A DNA stretch of 64,000 nucleotides from Callorhinchus milii (GCF_018977255.1 NW_024704743.1:108564001-108628000), one strand, 5' to 3'; shown: positions 38,875 to 52,991, counted from the first letter of the stretch. Made by a program: numbers and translations. The notes: generated by a model from the letters alone, not told the origin.

Positions 38875-41800
38875 ATTATTATTTTATTGCTGTCCTACAT
38901 CGCCTTTTTTAAGCTTCTATGGAAAGAGGTGTTCACTGGTACCACATTGCTCCAAATATCTCAATAAGAGCGTAGCCATAAGAAGTGAACGTCCCACCTA
39001 CTGCAGCCCTCTATTCCTGAACTGGCAACCTCTAAACCCATGGATCACATTCGATGAGTTCTTTTGCGATTTTATACACAAGTTCCCATCTTTAATATGG
39101 TGCAAAGGAGGGGGTTTGTAGAAAACTTTGTCTTGCTGTTGTAGAGACGATAGTGTAAAAAAAACACAGAAAATACAGTATCACCTGTGCTTACAGCAGA
39201 ATGGGGAAGGGAAGTGCGTGCAACGTGCAATAAGTGATTAGGTCAGAGTGCTGTTAAGACCTCTCCCGGAATATCAATGTGACAGGATCAACAACGAAAT
39301 ATATTGTAAAGAGGATTATGCTAAGATCCCCAATACTGCAGTACAATTACATTTCCTTTCCACTTTGTATACCAGCACCAAAACGGTTTAAAACGATTTG
39401 TTCTTGAACAAAATACAGAATCCGGGCGGAAATTGTATTTTCAATAAACCTTTTGTTCCTTTAAATTTTAAAATATTTCGGTGTTGTGTTTCCAGATTTT
39501 CTTTTTTTTTACCATGAATCTGTATGTCATTATTCAACCATAGTGAAAATGAACTGATGATAATTTTAAGGCGAAAATGTTAGATGGCTAAGGATACACT
39601 TGGTAGCTATTTATTTGCCTGACGTACCTGACTATATGGAGCCTTCAGATCTTAGCATGGAGAACAGATTTCTTGCAGGAGATGTCCTTCTTCGCTATAA
39701 TGCCCGTTCCCAGCAACCTATCCCTCTAAAACCTATCAGGTAATGACTTAAAATAATATCCTTAACGCATAATTGAGGAAAGCGAACCCCGAATCTAAAT
39801 TATCATTTTTTTTTAGCTCAATGATAATTTCTGTGCACGTACAACAATGGGATATATAACAGGGAAACGATTGTTGCCATTGTTTTGCTATCAACTATGT
39901 GCTGCAATGTAGAAGTAATGCACTGCAATTGAGCAGCCTTAAAGAAAACCGAGTTTTATTCATTTTAATGCAATCTGTACCCTATACCTGATAACGACAT
40001 TAATGTTATTCGAACATCAGTTTATTCAATGTAGAATTACTATCCATTGTTCATAATGCATTGCCTAAAAAGTAGCTGTTTTAGGAAGCCTTGTGTATTC
40101 TCCACTTGCACATAATTGGACACCCTCGCCTAATGTGAAGAGACCAGTAACACGTCCACTAGACTGCAATAAAATGTATCTTCATTTTGTCCCAATAGCC
40201 CACCCAGACTTCCCGGGTCTGTTTAATTAAGATCATTTTGCCAAAATAGAAAGAAACAAACGTTGAATTCAATAAATTCTTGGGATAGAGAGCAGTTTGC
40301 TAATGCGTATCTCCATTAAATAAATTTAACAAGATGAACAACAGGGCACCTTATTTATCGTAAATATTCGTTCTTTTATTTGACAAAAACCGAACAAATC
40401 GGAGTCAGTGGTGTGCTTTAATAAGGGTCAAAGAGAGCAACACTAACCTTGATAAAGCAGGGAACTCTGCAGGCATTGCCACTTCGATTTTTTATACAAG
40501 CCTTCCTTTTTAACAACTTATTTTGCTGTTCCTTTTCCAAAAAATTCTTAGCAATACTATGAGTACAATTATATCTGGTGAAATCCGCTGTTGTGTTATT
40601 TCAACTGTACGTGTATGAACTGAGTGAAACGGATACATGGGAATGAAACCAATTTCCAACCTGTGTTTCCAGTCTGTTTTAAGAAATCTGACAATTTACA
40701 TTGAAGCTTATTTCTCTTGGTGTTGGAATTCACACACAAAGTACTATTTACATAGTTTAGATTAAGGTATTTATTTTATTAAAAATGGTTCACGAGGCTG
40801 TCAAATCGAATAGTTTGCCTTGTGGCGCTTCAAGGCTGAAACTTAACCCTTTGAGTGACGGTGACATAATTTTCTGAAACCTACATTTGGCAAAATATGT
40901 GGCGAGGTTTTGGAGAGAAAACCAAAACAATAAATTTCGTTTGGTCGTTATCGCTGAAATCAAAAGCTATGTTTAAAATGCCGTTAACTAGTGATCAACC
41001 CTGGCTTTGGTCTGATCTCTCAAATTCTCCTTAATTTCAACGTTTTGTATTTTATTGCCTTGTACTCCACGAAAAATGCACGTTTGGGTATATCAATCTT
41101 TAAGCCAAAATTGCCAATATTCTATGCCATCAACAGATGGTGACATTGTGTACCTATCATGCAGTTTTAAATAGAATTTAAATCTGGTCCAATACTCCCA
41201 TGAATAAGTAGTGCACGTTTGGAATTACTGCGTCTTAAAGCAAATTGCTGCAGATTGTGTTTGATGGGTTTTAACAGCAAAGTGTTAAAGGAGAAACTTG
41301 CATAAACTTAGAAGTTTGCGTTTTGGAAGTGATCTAAGGCTCGGTGGTCCCAATAGGCATTGCAATTATAATTGTAAAGAGCGCATCTTCCAATCGGGGG
41401 ATCAAAGCTAGGTTTTAATTTAAATGAAAGCGAGATTTTTTTTTCGAAACTAGCCTTTCTGCTAAGATGTCGTTTTGCAAACTTATTTGTACCATACCCT
41501 AGTGTACTAAATCCACATTTATGCAAAGGGTTGAATCGAAGAGTCAGATACCGTCTGTACAAATTGTTACTCTTTTCTGCCCTATTCTCTACTCTAATGT
41601 TACTGAACGCGCTGACACTATTCTCCGGGAGGAGTTGTGAACTCTAATGAGGATCGGGTTAATAAATAAATCAGCACAACGTGACAGCTCTGAAGACAGA
41701 GCTGTGAGCAGCAAACTTAACAAGCAGCAGCTGCCAGGGAGCAGGCGCTGACTTTGGGGAGGAAAGCGAAGGTGGGCAAGTCCTTTTTTTTTAATCCTCA

Positions 41801-42626
41801 AATAATTATCGTTGAATTTAGACAACATTTAATGTTAACCCGCCACAGTTACAACTGAAGTCAAAAGCAGACAGGACGATTTGACAAAAGTGAAGAGAAA
41901 ACTTAGGCTTGCCCTATCCTCCTATAATTTCTATTCTTGTCCCCTCGCAAAACATCCTTAAAACTGCTTCCTGATAACTTATTTCATTCAGTCTCTCAGC
42001 ATTACTGCTAACAAGTTGGTAAAGGCAGAACAGCTTGTTGCAGTGGAATATAAGCGCCCTTATCTGTTGACCACGCTTAATATAAATTAAATCTAAATAT
42101 TATTATTATATTTCCCCTCAATTCGTATGCAACTCCAAGTGCATTATTCTTCTCAGTTTGGACCTATACAATGATCCCAAAGAAGTCCCCAACTCATATA
42201 CTGCACAAGTGTACCATAACAATATTCTCCTTCTATTGAGAACTCAAGTATATTAATCCAAAGAATGATGTCCCCACACAAAATATAAAGAACGCAAACC
42301 AATCTATTCTTCCTCATTGGGAACATACCAACTAAACCACAAACAGCAGTTGAATACATTCAGAATAAACCTCAGACTATATTGCTTTCTTCGCTGTGTA
42401 TATGCAGATACACTCCCAAATATTAATGTATTATTTATATTGTAATGTAGACCTAACCTCAAACATTTTCATCACTGTGCTATTGCAGTCAAATCCCACG
42501 GGCTACATTAGACTTATTCGTAAACTATACTTTTTTGGAAATAAACATGTAAGCCAAACAACAACAACAACAAAATTACATTTATAGAGTGCCTTTCACA
42601 TCAGGAGGACGTCCCAAAGTGCTGGA

Positions 42627-42925
42627 ACCTAAATTGTATTATCTTTGCTGTGCACACCTAAACTCTACCTCACTTGTGTCATCTGTGCACTAACTTACTG
42701 TGCACGTAGAAGATATACCTAAATATTATTGGCCTTACTGTGTACATGGTGTAAATGTAGGATACATCTAAATGCTATTGTTCTTCTTGTGTACATGCAG
42801 CCTTAACCCAAACCGTTGTGTCTTCACTGCACATATGTAGACATCCAAACAGTATTTCCATCGTTGTATACATGTTGGGTAACACATGCAAAAGTACCTG
42901 TATTGTGTACATGTAGAGTAAAGAG
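42627..42925. repeat. degenerate minisatellite (~30-60 bp units: AYCYAAA...TGTGYACATG)
   Basis: About 7 recurrences of ACCTAAA/ATCTAAA/ACCCAAA/ATCCAAA, each followed by TGTGCAC or TGTGTACATG-like sequence. Confidence 0.55.
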
Positions 42926-42959
42926 TAAATGCAAACAATGTTATACTCATGATATGCAT

Positions 42960-43345
42960 ATCAGCTTGACTCAGTTGGTAGGATTTTCAGCTCTGAGTCA
43001 GAAGGTTGTGTGTTCAAACCTAACAATGGGACCTTGATCTCACAGTCGAAGATGACACTCCAGTACAGTGTTAAGGGAATGCTACATTGAAGGAGGTGAT
43101 GTAATTTGGATTAGTTGTTAAACCAAGAACACGTCTGTCTGTTCAGGTAGTCATTAAAGATCTCATTGTACTATTTAAAAAGAGAAGGGTGTTTCTCCCA
43201 GTGTCCTAGCTAACAATCTCTGAGATAAATGCATAATTTCATGGTTGTTTGTGGAACACTGCTATGTACAAATTGTTTTCTATGTTTACCTAAAAATACA
43301 CAGTTGCTGCAAAACATTATTTCAAGTACTTTGAAAATTTTGATG
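42960..43345 (+). mobile_element. Deu-domain SINE
   Basis: Head, core and tail as at 6707. Confidence 0.75.
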
Positions 43346-44689
43346 TGATAAGGCAAGGATTATTATGTAGCATTTTGATCATATATGTAGACAAAATTCT
43401 CTCAATATGATCCTTAAAGTGAACAAGTAGATGAACCCTAAGAAGATTTCTTCAGAACAGTTTGTGTACTGTGTTGTGTACACAAAAACAAATATTATAC
43501 AAAACTCTCCTCCTCACAGTATACATGTAGAAATGGAATTGAACACATACAATAGTCTCCTTTGGGAGATTTCCTTTGGGTGCACCTTCAGCCCAAACTA
43601 GAATCAATTTTGTCTTCCTCTTTCCTCTAGGCTACATCTCAATCTTTTGTGTCCTGGTCCTATTATATGTGCAAGCAAAGTCCCAATTTTTATGAGAAAC
43701 ATAACCAATTTCAGCACAGAATGAGGCCATTAAACCGATGCAGTTGTTCCTCATTGAACATACTGCAAACCTTTGGATGCAACAACAAACAATACTTTCC
43801 TAGTAAATTGATTCATACTAAACTTCAAAAAGTAATAACCTTGATATTTGAACATCGTTAATATAAAATTAAATGTTCAAGATTTTTTGGCCCAATGTTC
43901 AAAATCAGAAATTAATGGCTATTGAAAAAAATGCAGTCTATGATCCTTGATAGATAATTTGCTCAGAAACAAGAATCAGAGGGTAAACTATAATGGTAAC
44001 TTTTCATGTTTGAAGGAATCTATGTGTGGGGTACAACAGAGGTTATTCTGTGACCCCTTATTTTCTCATGTGCCTTGGATAAGAGAATTGTAGACAAATG
44101 TTTCACGGGTCCAATGGCAGAACAATGGAAGAATTAGTAACTGGGACAAAAGAGGTTGAAAATTAATTATTATAGGAAAAATTAAGTAAAAGAAGGTTAA
44201 ATAGAACAGTAATAATAAGTAATCCTTGCATTTGTGTCAAAGAGTTTTACAGGATTTACTATAAGGTGTAGTGACTGTAGTTTGTAGACATAAACAATGT
44301 GAGCTGATTTGGAAAGAATGTAAGAATTCTATGAAATTATCAGTTCCTTCCTTGATGATTATAAAATGTTAATAAGTAGCTTGCATTAATAGGGGGATTC
44401 AATACCATTCTTTAACCACAACCTATCTGAAGTATTGTATGCAGTCATTGTCACCTAGCAGAACACATATTATTGCCCTTGAAAAGGTACAGTTAAGTAT
44501 TATTATAAGGCGTAGGATACTATTATGAGGATTTCTTTTCTTTTGAAACATAAGATTCCGAAATAATCTAGATGAGGTCTCCAAATTTGAGGGGTTGCAA
44601 ATTGTGACAAAAGATTCAAATACCAGGATACAATCCCACAAATGAGAAAATCTGAAGCAAGAATTAACATCTGGCAGACCTTTACATAC

Positions 44690-44900
44690 ACAGAGAAATC
44701 AACTTGTGAACTAAATTAGGAGGAACCCCTTTGAGGTGAATGGTATAAATGGGTTCAAGCGGCAACTAAACATGAATGTTGTAGAAAGGAGGGATTAAAG
44801 GGATATGTTAAGAAGGTGGATATCAGGGGGTTAAGAACAGTCAAAAAGGAATTGGTTAGTGAACCAGTGATCTTTTGCTGTTACTGTTGTTTCTTGCAAT
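44690..44900 (+). mobile_element. CR1-like LINE 3' end relic
   Basis: AATCAACTTGTGAAC...GGGTTCAAG...GATTAAAGGGATATG...TTGGTTAGTGAACCAG resembles a degenerate CR1 3' end. Confidence 0.4.
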
Positions 44901-46718
44901 ATATATTCAGCCCATAACCTGTAAGCGTTACTGTACAGATCTGGCCTGGCTAAATATATTCCTTCTTACCATGCACATCCGGGATAAATCCCAAATAGAA
45001 TTCTCCTCACAATTTCCCTGGTAGATTAAGCTTCAGTGGTCCACATGTCCACCGTGTAAGATCATGTGTCTTAAATATTAAGATGGTACAGAGTTGGTGG
45101 AACATTTCTAAAATTCAGTTTCAATGTGCAAGCCAGTTTTTCTTGTTATTTTTTTTAAAAAAACTTCCAAATTAAGATTCGATTGATGAATTTCCAAATA
45201 TTCTGCGTGATCTTCAACTTTAAGACAAATTTGTTTTATAGGCTAAGGGGGAGTGAAATATTGGGCCTTAAATAGCATTCTTCCCGCTGTCAACGCACAA
45301 CTATTATACAGCCCATGTGAAGGCGTAGATGACATACACTGTGCAATGGTTAAAAAAAACACACACACGAAATGCACACTGTTTGAATAAGATCCTTGAT
45401 TCGTTAGACCCGGACACATTAAAAAAGCATATCATTTTTTCTAGTTTACAAGTTAATTTGTATCCTTGGATTAAATGATGGTGTAGGAGCTTGGAAATGT
45501 TGTCGTACACAAGTAAGAAGATGCTTTAGACTCCAGAGTTTTTTTTTAAAAAAAATCACAATTCAGATCCGACCGCTATACCCCATGTATAAATCGCACA
45601 GGGGAAAGGAGATGGATAAACATTATGAATTCAGCTTCAGTATTGCGAAATAATGTCGGGACTGATTCCTACGGTAATGCCGATGAGACGTGTTTCAAAC
45701 ACATTATCCGTTATAAAAGGATTTCCAAGAAAGATGGACACAATCGTATGGGGCTCCCGTTATTCATTGAAAAAAGTCAGGGAATAGCAATATGTCTTTA
45801 AAGCAATCAAGTCGAGGTAGCAGCTTTGAGTGTAATGTTATTTCCATTTGCTCCAATAACAATTTCAGATATTTCAGTTCAAAACGCAGTTTATTGCAGA
45901 TTCCAGTAGCTGCTACGTAAAGATGGCTGTGTTTTGATCCAGATTGTGGGTCAACTAAAATTATACCGCCTGTCAGTCAGCCAGTAGGTCAGGTCCGCAG
46001 CAGTAAATTAACGTTTTCGTATAAAAACACACACACACACATACACACACACACGAGAGCGCGCATTGGGGAACCTCACATGTGAGGAGTACATTAGATC
46101 CTGTGCCTATCAGTTATCTATCTCAGGTGACACTTGACCACAGTGTTGATAAACGACGCATATCTTGCCTCTTCGTCATTTCAATGGAAACTAAAACGCT
46201 CTCTCTCCACACACACACACACACACACACACGTACATATACATATACGCAAAATCAACCGGCACCCAATCCGCCACCTACATCTATGTGGATTGGTATT
46301 TGACAAATTGTTCAAGAAACTCAACCACTGGTTAATTTATCCGTGTCACAGAAACGGTGGGAGCTACACAATGCAGCCCCTCGGACTCGCTGGTCACCTG
46401 CCGGAGTTAAACATGTTAATCCAAGTTTCAACCACTAAAGAGAGACTTGAGCTGCATTGATGTCATATAGGTTTTGAAATTTGAACCAAACGGATACTGC
46501 AATAACCGCTGAAAATTCATTTCCACCTCCAATGTGAATGCGCCCCAATGCTAGTTCTCCAGGTTTACTATGACACGGTTCCATTAAAACAAGGCTTGGT
46601 TCTCTCCCATTGAGGGCTCGCTCCCTGTTAGTGTCCCAGATAGAAATCCTGCTCACCAACAACTTAACTATTAGATTTGTTAGCTCGTGTCCCGTTATGT
46701 GATCTGCTCCCTTCTTAC

Positions 46719-46967
46719 CTGAAATCATATCCACAACAACTTCAGAGTGAGTAGAGAGAGGTTGTAAGTGCCCATTCCTTTCTGGCCAGCGTAGAAGTTC
46801 ACAACACCAAGCAAACTTTGGTCAGATAATAGCTCTTGCAGTTGAAGTGTCTGCTGAAGTTTTCTCTTTCTTTCCTTTTTCAATGAGGCCTCTGGTCAGT
46901 ACTGATTAATAACATTTTTTTCTCTCTGCTGTGAAGCGCAGGCCCGTTGCGGAACAATGGGAATGCC
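46719..46967 (-). ncRNA. candidate non-coding exon of a divergent/antisense transcript (249 nt)
   Basis: On the minus strand: acceptor TCTTTTCTTGGTCACAG|GG at 46968 and donor CAG|GTAAGA at 46718. All three frames contain stop codons. Confidence 0.5.
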
Positions 46968-49900
46968 CTGTGACCAAGAAAAGACTCGACCTTGTGCTAT
47001 TTCATTGTGTAAAGCTGAGAAAGGTCTTTAGGGGAGAGACCCAAAGCACTGACCCGCACACATCCCGCAGACAATTCATTCATATAGCTCGCCTTGCAGT
47101 CGCCCAATTCTCCCATTGTTTCACTATAACAGTGTATATATTTTTGTTAAATGTAAAGTAGACCATTAATACCCCCAAAAGTTGGTGACTATGTTTAACG
47201 TGCCTTGTTGTATTATATATATTGTGCTCTGATCATCACTTGCATATTGTTTACTGGCTGTTGTGAACGTTTTCCCGATTCATAAGACATTAATTCATTT
47301 CAAGATATTTTCCAAATGTAGTTAGTTACTATCACATAATCAGTTTGATGTGCGATATGTTCACCTGCATAGTTTAACATTTCCTTAAATCATTAAATTA
47401 GGATAAACAACAAGAAAAAAATGACTCCTGAAGAGTAAAGGTTGCTGTGTCAATTCTATTTGTTGTACTGATAGGTCACTACCACATGTTTACTTGAAAT
47501 TCACATCTAAATTAATTTGGTGCTGTTAATTCTAAATGGTATGATCCACTTTATTAAGAGATCATCGTCGTTTCATATTACCAGAGTGACTTGCAACAAA
47601 CACTTAGGTGGTCATTTTCATTCGATTAATTTTAACTATTGATGTTTCGATTTGACTTGGTTGAATTTGGCTACATATAAACTAGATGGGCAACGTGTCC
47701 AGTAAAAGGGTGCTACATTATACCCTAACGCTTATCTTCTACTGTATAGGACGTTGCATACAGAACTATTACTGCTAGTGATGAGGTCCAAACGGATGAC
47801 CGTCTCTTAATAAATAACTCATCACATTCACACCTTTCTGAAACAAATCTAATGAATTCCGCTTGGCCGTCTAGTCACTCCAGGCTGTTAAACACACCAG
47901 AAAGGGATCGCTTACTTAATGTAATATTAGAAACGTGCTGATTATCACCTTCGCGAATTCTTTAAAAAAATTATTTAACGTGCGGTACAAAACATGCACT
48001 TGTATTAAGTAAATCTGGCTTCAACCATTAATCGAAAACTGTAAAAAAAAAGATTTGGTGATGAATAATGTTTTTCACACAAGGCGTAACGTGGACATAG
48101 AGTCTACAATACTGTTATGTACAATATCATGCCAACACCACTTTACACAAGTATTGCATTCAGCTACGTTTTATAACATGTTAGAAATAGACAGAAACAG
48201 TTGTTTCGAAAGCCCCCAATTCCCCCTGCATGGACATTTACTGCTATAAGTCCAGTTTCTGATTTCACGATGTATGCATGTTTCAGTATAGTATTCAGAG
48301 CGTATAGTATGACAAACGTCTGATATAGATGTGTGCTTTCGAAATGTATGGACATTTTAAACGGCAGTGCAAACGATCAGCAAGTCTTCGTTTATCACTG
48401 ATGCATTGCACAGCGTCTTATACATTCTCGCTGTTCTTCCACACTTTGTTTGGAAATGTTTTGTTCTCTCAAATAGACTCTAGATACGACCCCAAATATC
48501 ACGAGAATGTCACGCAATGTGAGCCTTGTGTAACTGTCACTCCTGTACAGTATAACATTCGGTGGTGTGTTACTGAATATATTAACAAAGATCCCCTAAT
48601 GTGCTTTTGCCTTCGTGCTATTTGTCATAGAAACCCCCTTGCTGAACATTTCATTTTCGACCTGGTTACTCGCTCCTTTACGACCTTTGCTGTCGTGTTT
48701 TCCACAAGACCATTCTCCAATGATCCGTCCTCTTTATTCAACAATTGTTCATCTTTTTTTTGCCCTCAAACCCTGCTATATATATATATGTATATAAACA
48801 GGCAACCTTGTTATTGTCAAACAGCTGGTGGCCATGAAACCTAACGCACTGCACAAAAAGTGTTCAGCATCAGAATACTGATGTGCCACATAGATTTGCA
48901 CGTTCACCTTATAGACCATTTCAGGGTAACTGCATTGGAGGTATTATCACTCTGCTTAACTAAAGAAAAAAATTGACCCATGTCATAAATGAACAGTAAA
49001 AAATGCGTCAAGAGTTGAAAGGCTTGCCAATGACAAACAGACATTTTATGAGACTGCAAGTGGAAAAGGCTGTGTATTACAAGGTTAGCGTGTGTATGCA
49101 CACATCATGCTCTATAATATGTACAGTCTCCTTATTCTAGAGGTCAATTTTAGGACATCCTAAAGCAATCCTGAAAAGGCGACAGATGACTGTGGAACTT
49201 TCTATTGCGTTTCTATACGCTTTATATGTTTTAATCCATTGTATATAACAACGGTGTCATTCTGCCTATTGCATAGATACTGAAGGCAGAGGGGCCTTCT
49301 GAGTACAGGACTAGATAATGATGAGAAAACAGAATGTAAATCTGTATAATCGTTTTAGATTAGAAATCGTTCATTTCCTGTTGATAATCCCGCATATAGA
49401 ACTATCTATAGCACACTGATCTCTTCCAGAGCACTGATTAAGAATCATTTGATCTGGCAGAGATGGATTTGGGAAATGACCAGGAGCCTATATTGGGAAA
49501 TTAAAATTACTCAAAGGTTTATGTAACCCAAATACTTTATTTTTTGGCGGGGGATGTGTGGAATAACTATGTACTTTGATCACGACCCGAGCAGTTTGGA
49601 AAATGAAGAACTGCGTAAATAGCAAACGTATTCAACTTGATCCGATCAGGTTAACACTGAATGGAATAGAAATTGTACCACCGCCCAGTAAAATGTCACA
49701 TAAGACGAAGTGAGACCCTGTAAAATACAATGCTGAGAATGAATTCATCGTGGGCCTAAGAACTACACAGCAAACTAGAAACAGAAGGTTTGGCTTGTCA
49801 ACACGCGGAACTACTAGCCGACAGAGCAATTTTGCAAACACTATTTAATTCTGAAAATTTGGACTGATTGCCAGTGTTTATGCGTCATTCCTTCTTGCAT

Positions 49901-50325
49901 GTGTGTGTGTGTGTGTGTGTGTGCCTGTAACATGTCCAGGATTGCGCTTGTATATGCTACCGTACCAGAGCGTTCATTTGTGTTTGCTTCTCGGGACAAG
50001 TTAAATGTTTTGCAATGTTTTTCACCTGACACCAAAGATGCAAACATGTTTTTCTTATATAGCAATGCATATATGGCTCTTTATACGCACCCTGTGCTGA
50101 GTCGCTGCTCCTTCCTAAAGCTTATTGACAATACTCCACCCACCACAACTGCATTGGGGTCTTTCCTCAAATGAAACCTACATACTGTATTTTTTTACAT
50201 GCTTTGCTAGCTCCACAAAGTACTGTAAATGCGTCGACCACGATCTGCCAATTATTTTGAAACCTCCTTGCGGATCGGATCCTTAACATTTGCTGAATGT
50301 GCAGGAGAACTTATATAATGAATCG

Positions 50326-50343
50326 TGCGCGTGTGTGTGTGTA

Positions 50344-50376
<33 letters not shown>

Positions 50377-50377
50377 G
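50326..50377. repeat. (TG)n(GA)n microsatellite
   Basis: Directly visible; other (CA)n/(TG)n tracts at ~46027, ~46208 and ~49900. Confidence 0.9.
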
Positions 50378-50639
50378 GAGGGGGGTGATAAGTCGGCCTA
50401 AAGAAATGTTCAGAGCCAGATGTTTAAGCACAAAAGAAGAAAAAAAACTAAGTTAAAAAAAATCACATTGGGAGGGTGAGAAGTGCACATCAAGCCTGCC
50501 GAAGGCTGCTGAGCCTGAGAGAGAGAGAGTGACTGATTTAACTCATTGTGATGCATAGTGCAACACACCCTCTTTGAGAGAGAGAGAGAGAGGTGGGGGG
50601 GGGGGTGTGGTGGGGGGTGGGGTGGGGGGAGAGAGAGAA

Positions 50640-50860
50640 ATCTACGCTTTGCTGAGCTGGGAGCATCTGACTCAGAATGAGAGAATGCAATGCGCTCATC
50701 CCACTATTTCAGCACTTCACCAGAGTGAAGTCTACAGGCAAAAAGCCTTCACCGCCACAAGCCATGTTACCATTCATTGCCCGATGTTATGGATGTGGGA
50801 CAAGTACTGAGAGGAACTGAAGGGAAGACGACGGTTTAACCAGAAGGCGTTGGCTCACTT
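50640..50860 (+). ncRNA. candidate upstream or first exon of the mir-124 host transcript
   Basis: Follows (GA)n and G-rich tracts and ends at donor CTT|GTAAGT (GT at 50861), on the miRNA strand and ~6.5 kb upstream of it. The 5' boundary is uncertain. Confidence 0.3.
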
Positions 50861-52661
50861 GTAAGTTGCGTACTTCTGTCCTAAACAATATATGTTGAAT
50901 TGCAGAGAAATCTTGTACGGATTTTTCTTTTCCTCCCCCACCAGTTTCCTAATGTGACTGAGAGGGGCGTCTGTTTCTTTCAAAACCAAATGCACATATA
51001 GCTGTAAGATTTGTTGGCGTTCCCGCATCGAGGAAGAATGAATGGACCTCCCGCATATCTCTCCGTCCTCTATTAGGGCAAGGACTCTGAATTGCTTTCA
51101 TGTTCGTCGCTAAGACTCGAAGGTATATTGCATGACCTGACTATCTTCTACATACCTGATCCTAATTATAAGTTTGTTTTTTGCTTTAAAGATCTAATTC
51201 GGTAAAATTCTCTGATTTCTCTTTGACTTGTTTGTTCTTTGGCAGAAGCGTGCATGTCTAGTTATTTTACTCGGTGCCTTCATTTGTTCAGTCCTCTCTC
51301 CCTCCCCCTCTTTCTCTCATTTTGATTCGAAACGCATTTACAGACCGATTTATTCCCAGTTTCTCCCCCCAAAAATGATTTAACGACCCTTCTGGTTAGG
51401 TTAGAAACGCACTGGTTATAAGAGTCGAACGCAATTTTAGTGGGCTCTTTCTTTCAGCCACACAGCCACCCCCAAACAAAGTTTCCGAATGTAAAAAATG
51501 CTAATTCCCTTTGCTTTCTTTGTCTCTCGTGCTGAATCATTTGGGTTAGTTCTTTTGAAAGAGAAAATGGCGAGTCCCATTGTAATTGGACTATTTTCTT
51601 CCGGTACAAGTGGTTTCGTGAAATTCTGCATCACCGGGGCTCCTTTTTTGAATATTCCTTTTGTTACAGCTCTTAGTTGGATGTGGACGTGTTGGCGAAA
51701 GCAGGGCTTGCAAAAATCATACAAAACCACCATTTAGGGTATAGCCACACGATTTATGTTCGCCCCCCACCCCCTCACCACCAGCTTGTGCAGCATTCTG
51801 TGCACCCCTCTTGTGTGGTTTCCCTTTCCCCCTCTTTGTTTCTGCTCTGTTGACTCGAGATAACTTAGATCTTCCATCGTTTTCACCGGCATCGTTGTCC
51901 TGAACGCTTTAATTAAGACTCGGTGATTTTATGCGACATTTAAGGGGGGGAGGGGGGGGAATCTGAGAATTCAATCAATGTAACTCCAGGGCAGCATTGG
52001 TCACAAAGGTAATGCAGTGATGTGGATGCTTAGCAATGCAGAGGCGGCTGAATCTTCTTTACAAGGTAGGTTTTTTTTTCTCTCTCTTTAGGGTTTTTTT
52101 TTAAAAAAAACAACTGGTATGTTGTGTGAGGCGCCTTTTGTGAACGTTAAAAGTACGCGGGGCGATCGCTGACCAAAGTAATCTGTTATGTCATGGATAT
52201 GCTGTTAGGAAATGCACGATTAAATTGGGTTTCTGGCCACTTTAGCTAAAAAATGTTGAATACGTTGAGATTAACTTTCGATGTCTGTAGCCCCGGAGGA
52301 CATGTGGCGGAATTAATAGCGGGCAATTTCTTAGCGCAAGAGTTAACGTTTCTCAAACAATACAACACATTGACGGCTTTTTTTTTAAAAAAAACCAATA
52401 TAATGTATATTGTAGTTAAAATAATAAGAGAAAGTTTTTTTAAAAAATAAAAAAAACTGTTATTTTTCAGAGCTACTTATATTGTACGGCTTGTGTGATG
52501 GGATGTTAAAGGTGGTTGCGCTGTTTGTCACGGATGTATATCCTAAACCATCTGAACCTCATTCCTCTCACGCACCGCATCTGCTTATTAAACCGACATA
52601 AAGCCACATAGCTCTCTAAACTGTGTTAACTTAATCTGTGAATGTATTCACCGGTTTGCTC

Positions 52662-52682
52662 TTCAAAACCATGGACAGCGAT
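52662..52682 (+). promoter_or_regulatory. RE1/NRSE-like (REST-binding) motif
   Basis: TTCAAAACCATGGACAGCGAT versus consensus TTCAGCACCANGGACAGCGCC: 17/21 match, canonical spacing, intact GGACAGCG half-site. REST repression of mir-124 loci is established in mammals. Confidence 0.45.
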
Positions 52683-52959
52683 CAGCGACTTTGTTTTAAA
52701 AATCATTTGCGCAGCTGCATCATCGCTTATTTATCAATGAAATTGTGGCAAATATATCTATTCTCACTTTTACTGACTGCTTTCAAAAACCTTTCGAAGT
52801 TTTCTCTGTCGACGTGTCTCGTTTGCTTACGCCTTTCTCGTTCTGATTTGTGCTTTGCCAGTGTGTTGTGTTTTTGTTTGTTGGTTTCCCCCGATGCTCT
52901 GCTTTGCACTCATTCCCGGAGACTAATATTAACGCTGCCTTATGGTCAGCAATTGTCAC

Positions 52960-52991
<32 letters not shown>

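Noticed and set aside
40842..41288. piggyBac-like MITE starting TTAACCCTTTGAG
   Set aside because: No convincing matching right TIR; only a loose CAAAGTGTTAA.
45085..45110. ATGTTCCACCA on the minus strand resembling the end of BDNF exon I
   Set aside because: No splice donor follows and there is no other BDNF similarity; mir-124 explains the locus.
47775..47842. Hammerhead ribozyme or C/D snoRNA (GTGATGAGGTCCAAACGGATGACC...CTGA)
   Set aside because: The hammerhead core lacks the first C and the GAAA. The C and D boxes have no terminal stem and I identified no guide.
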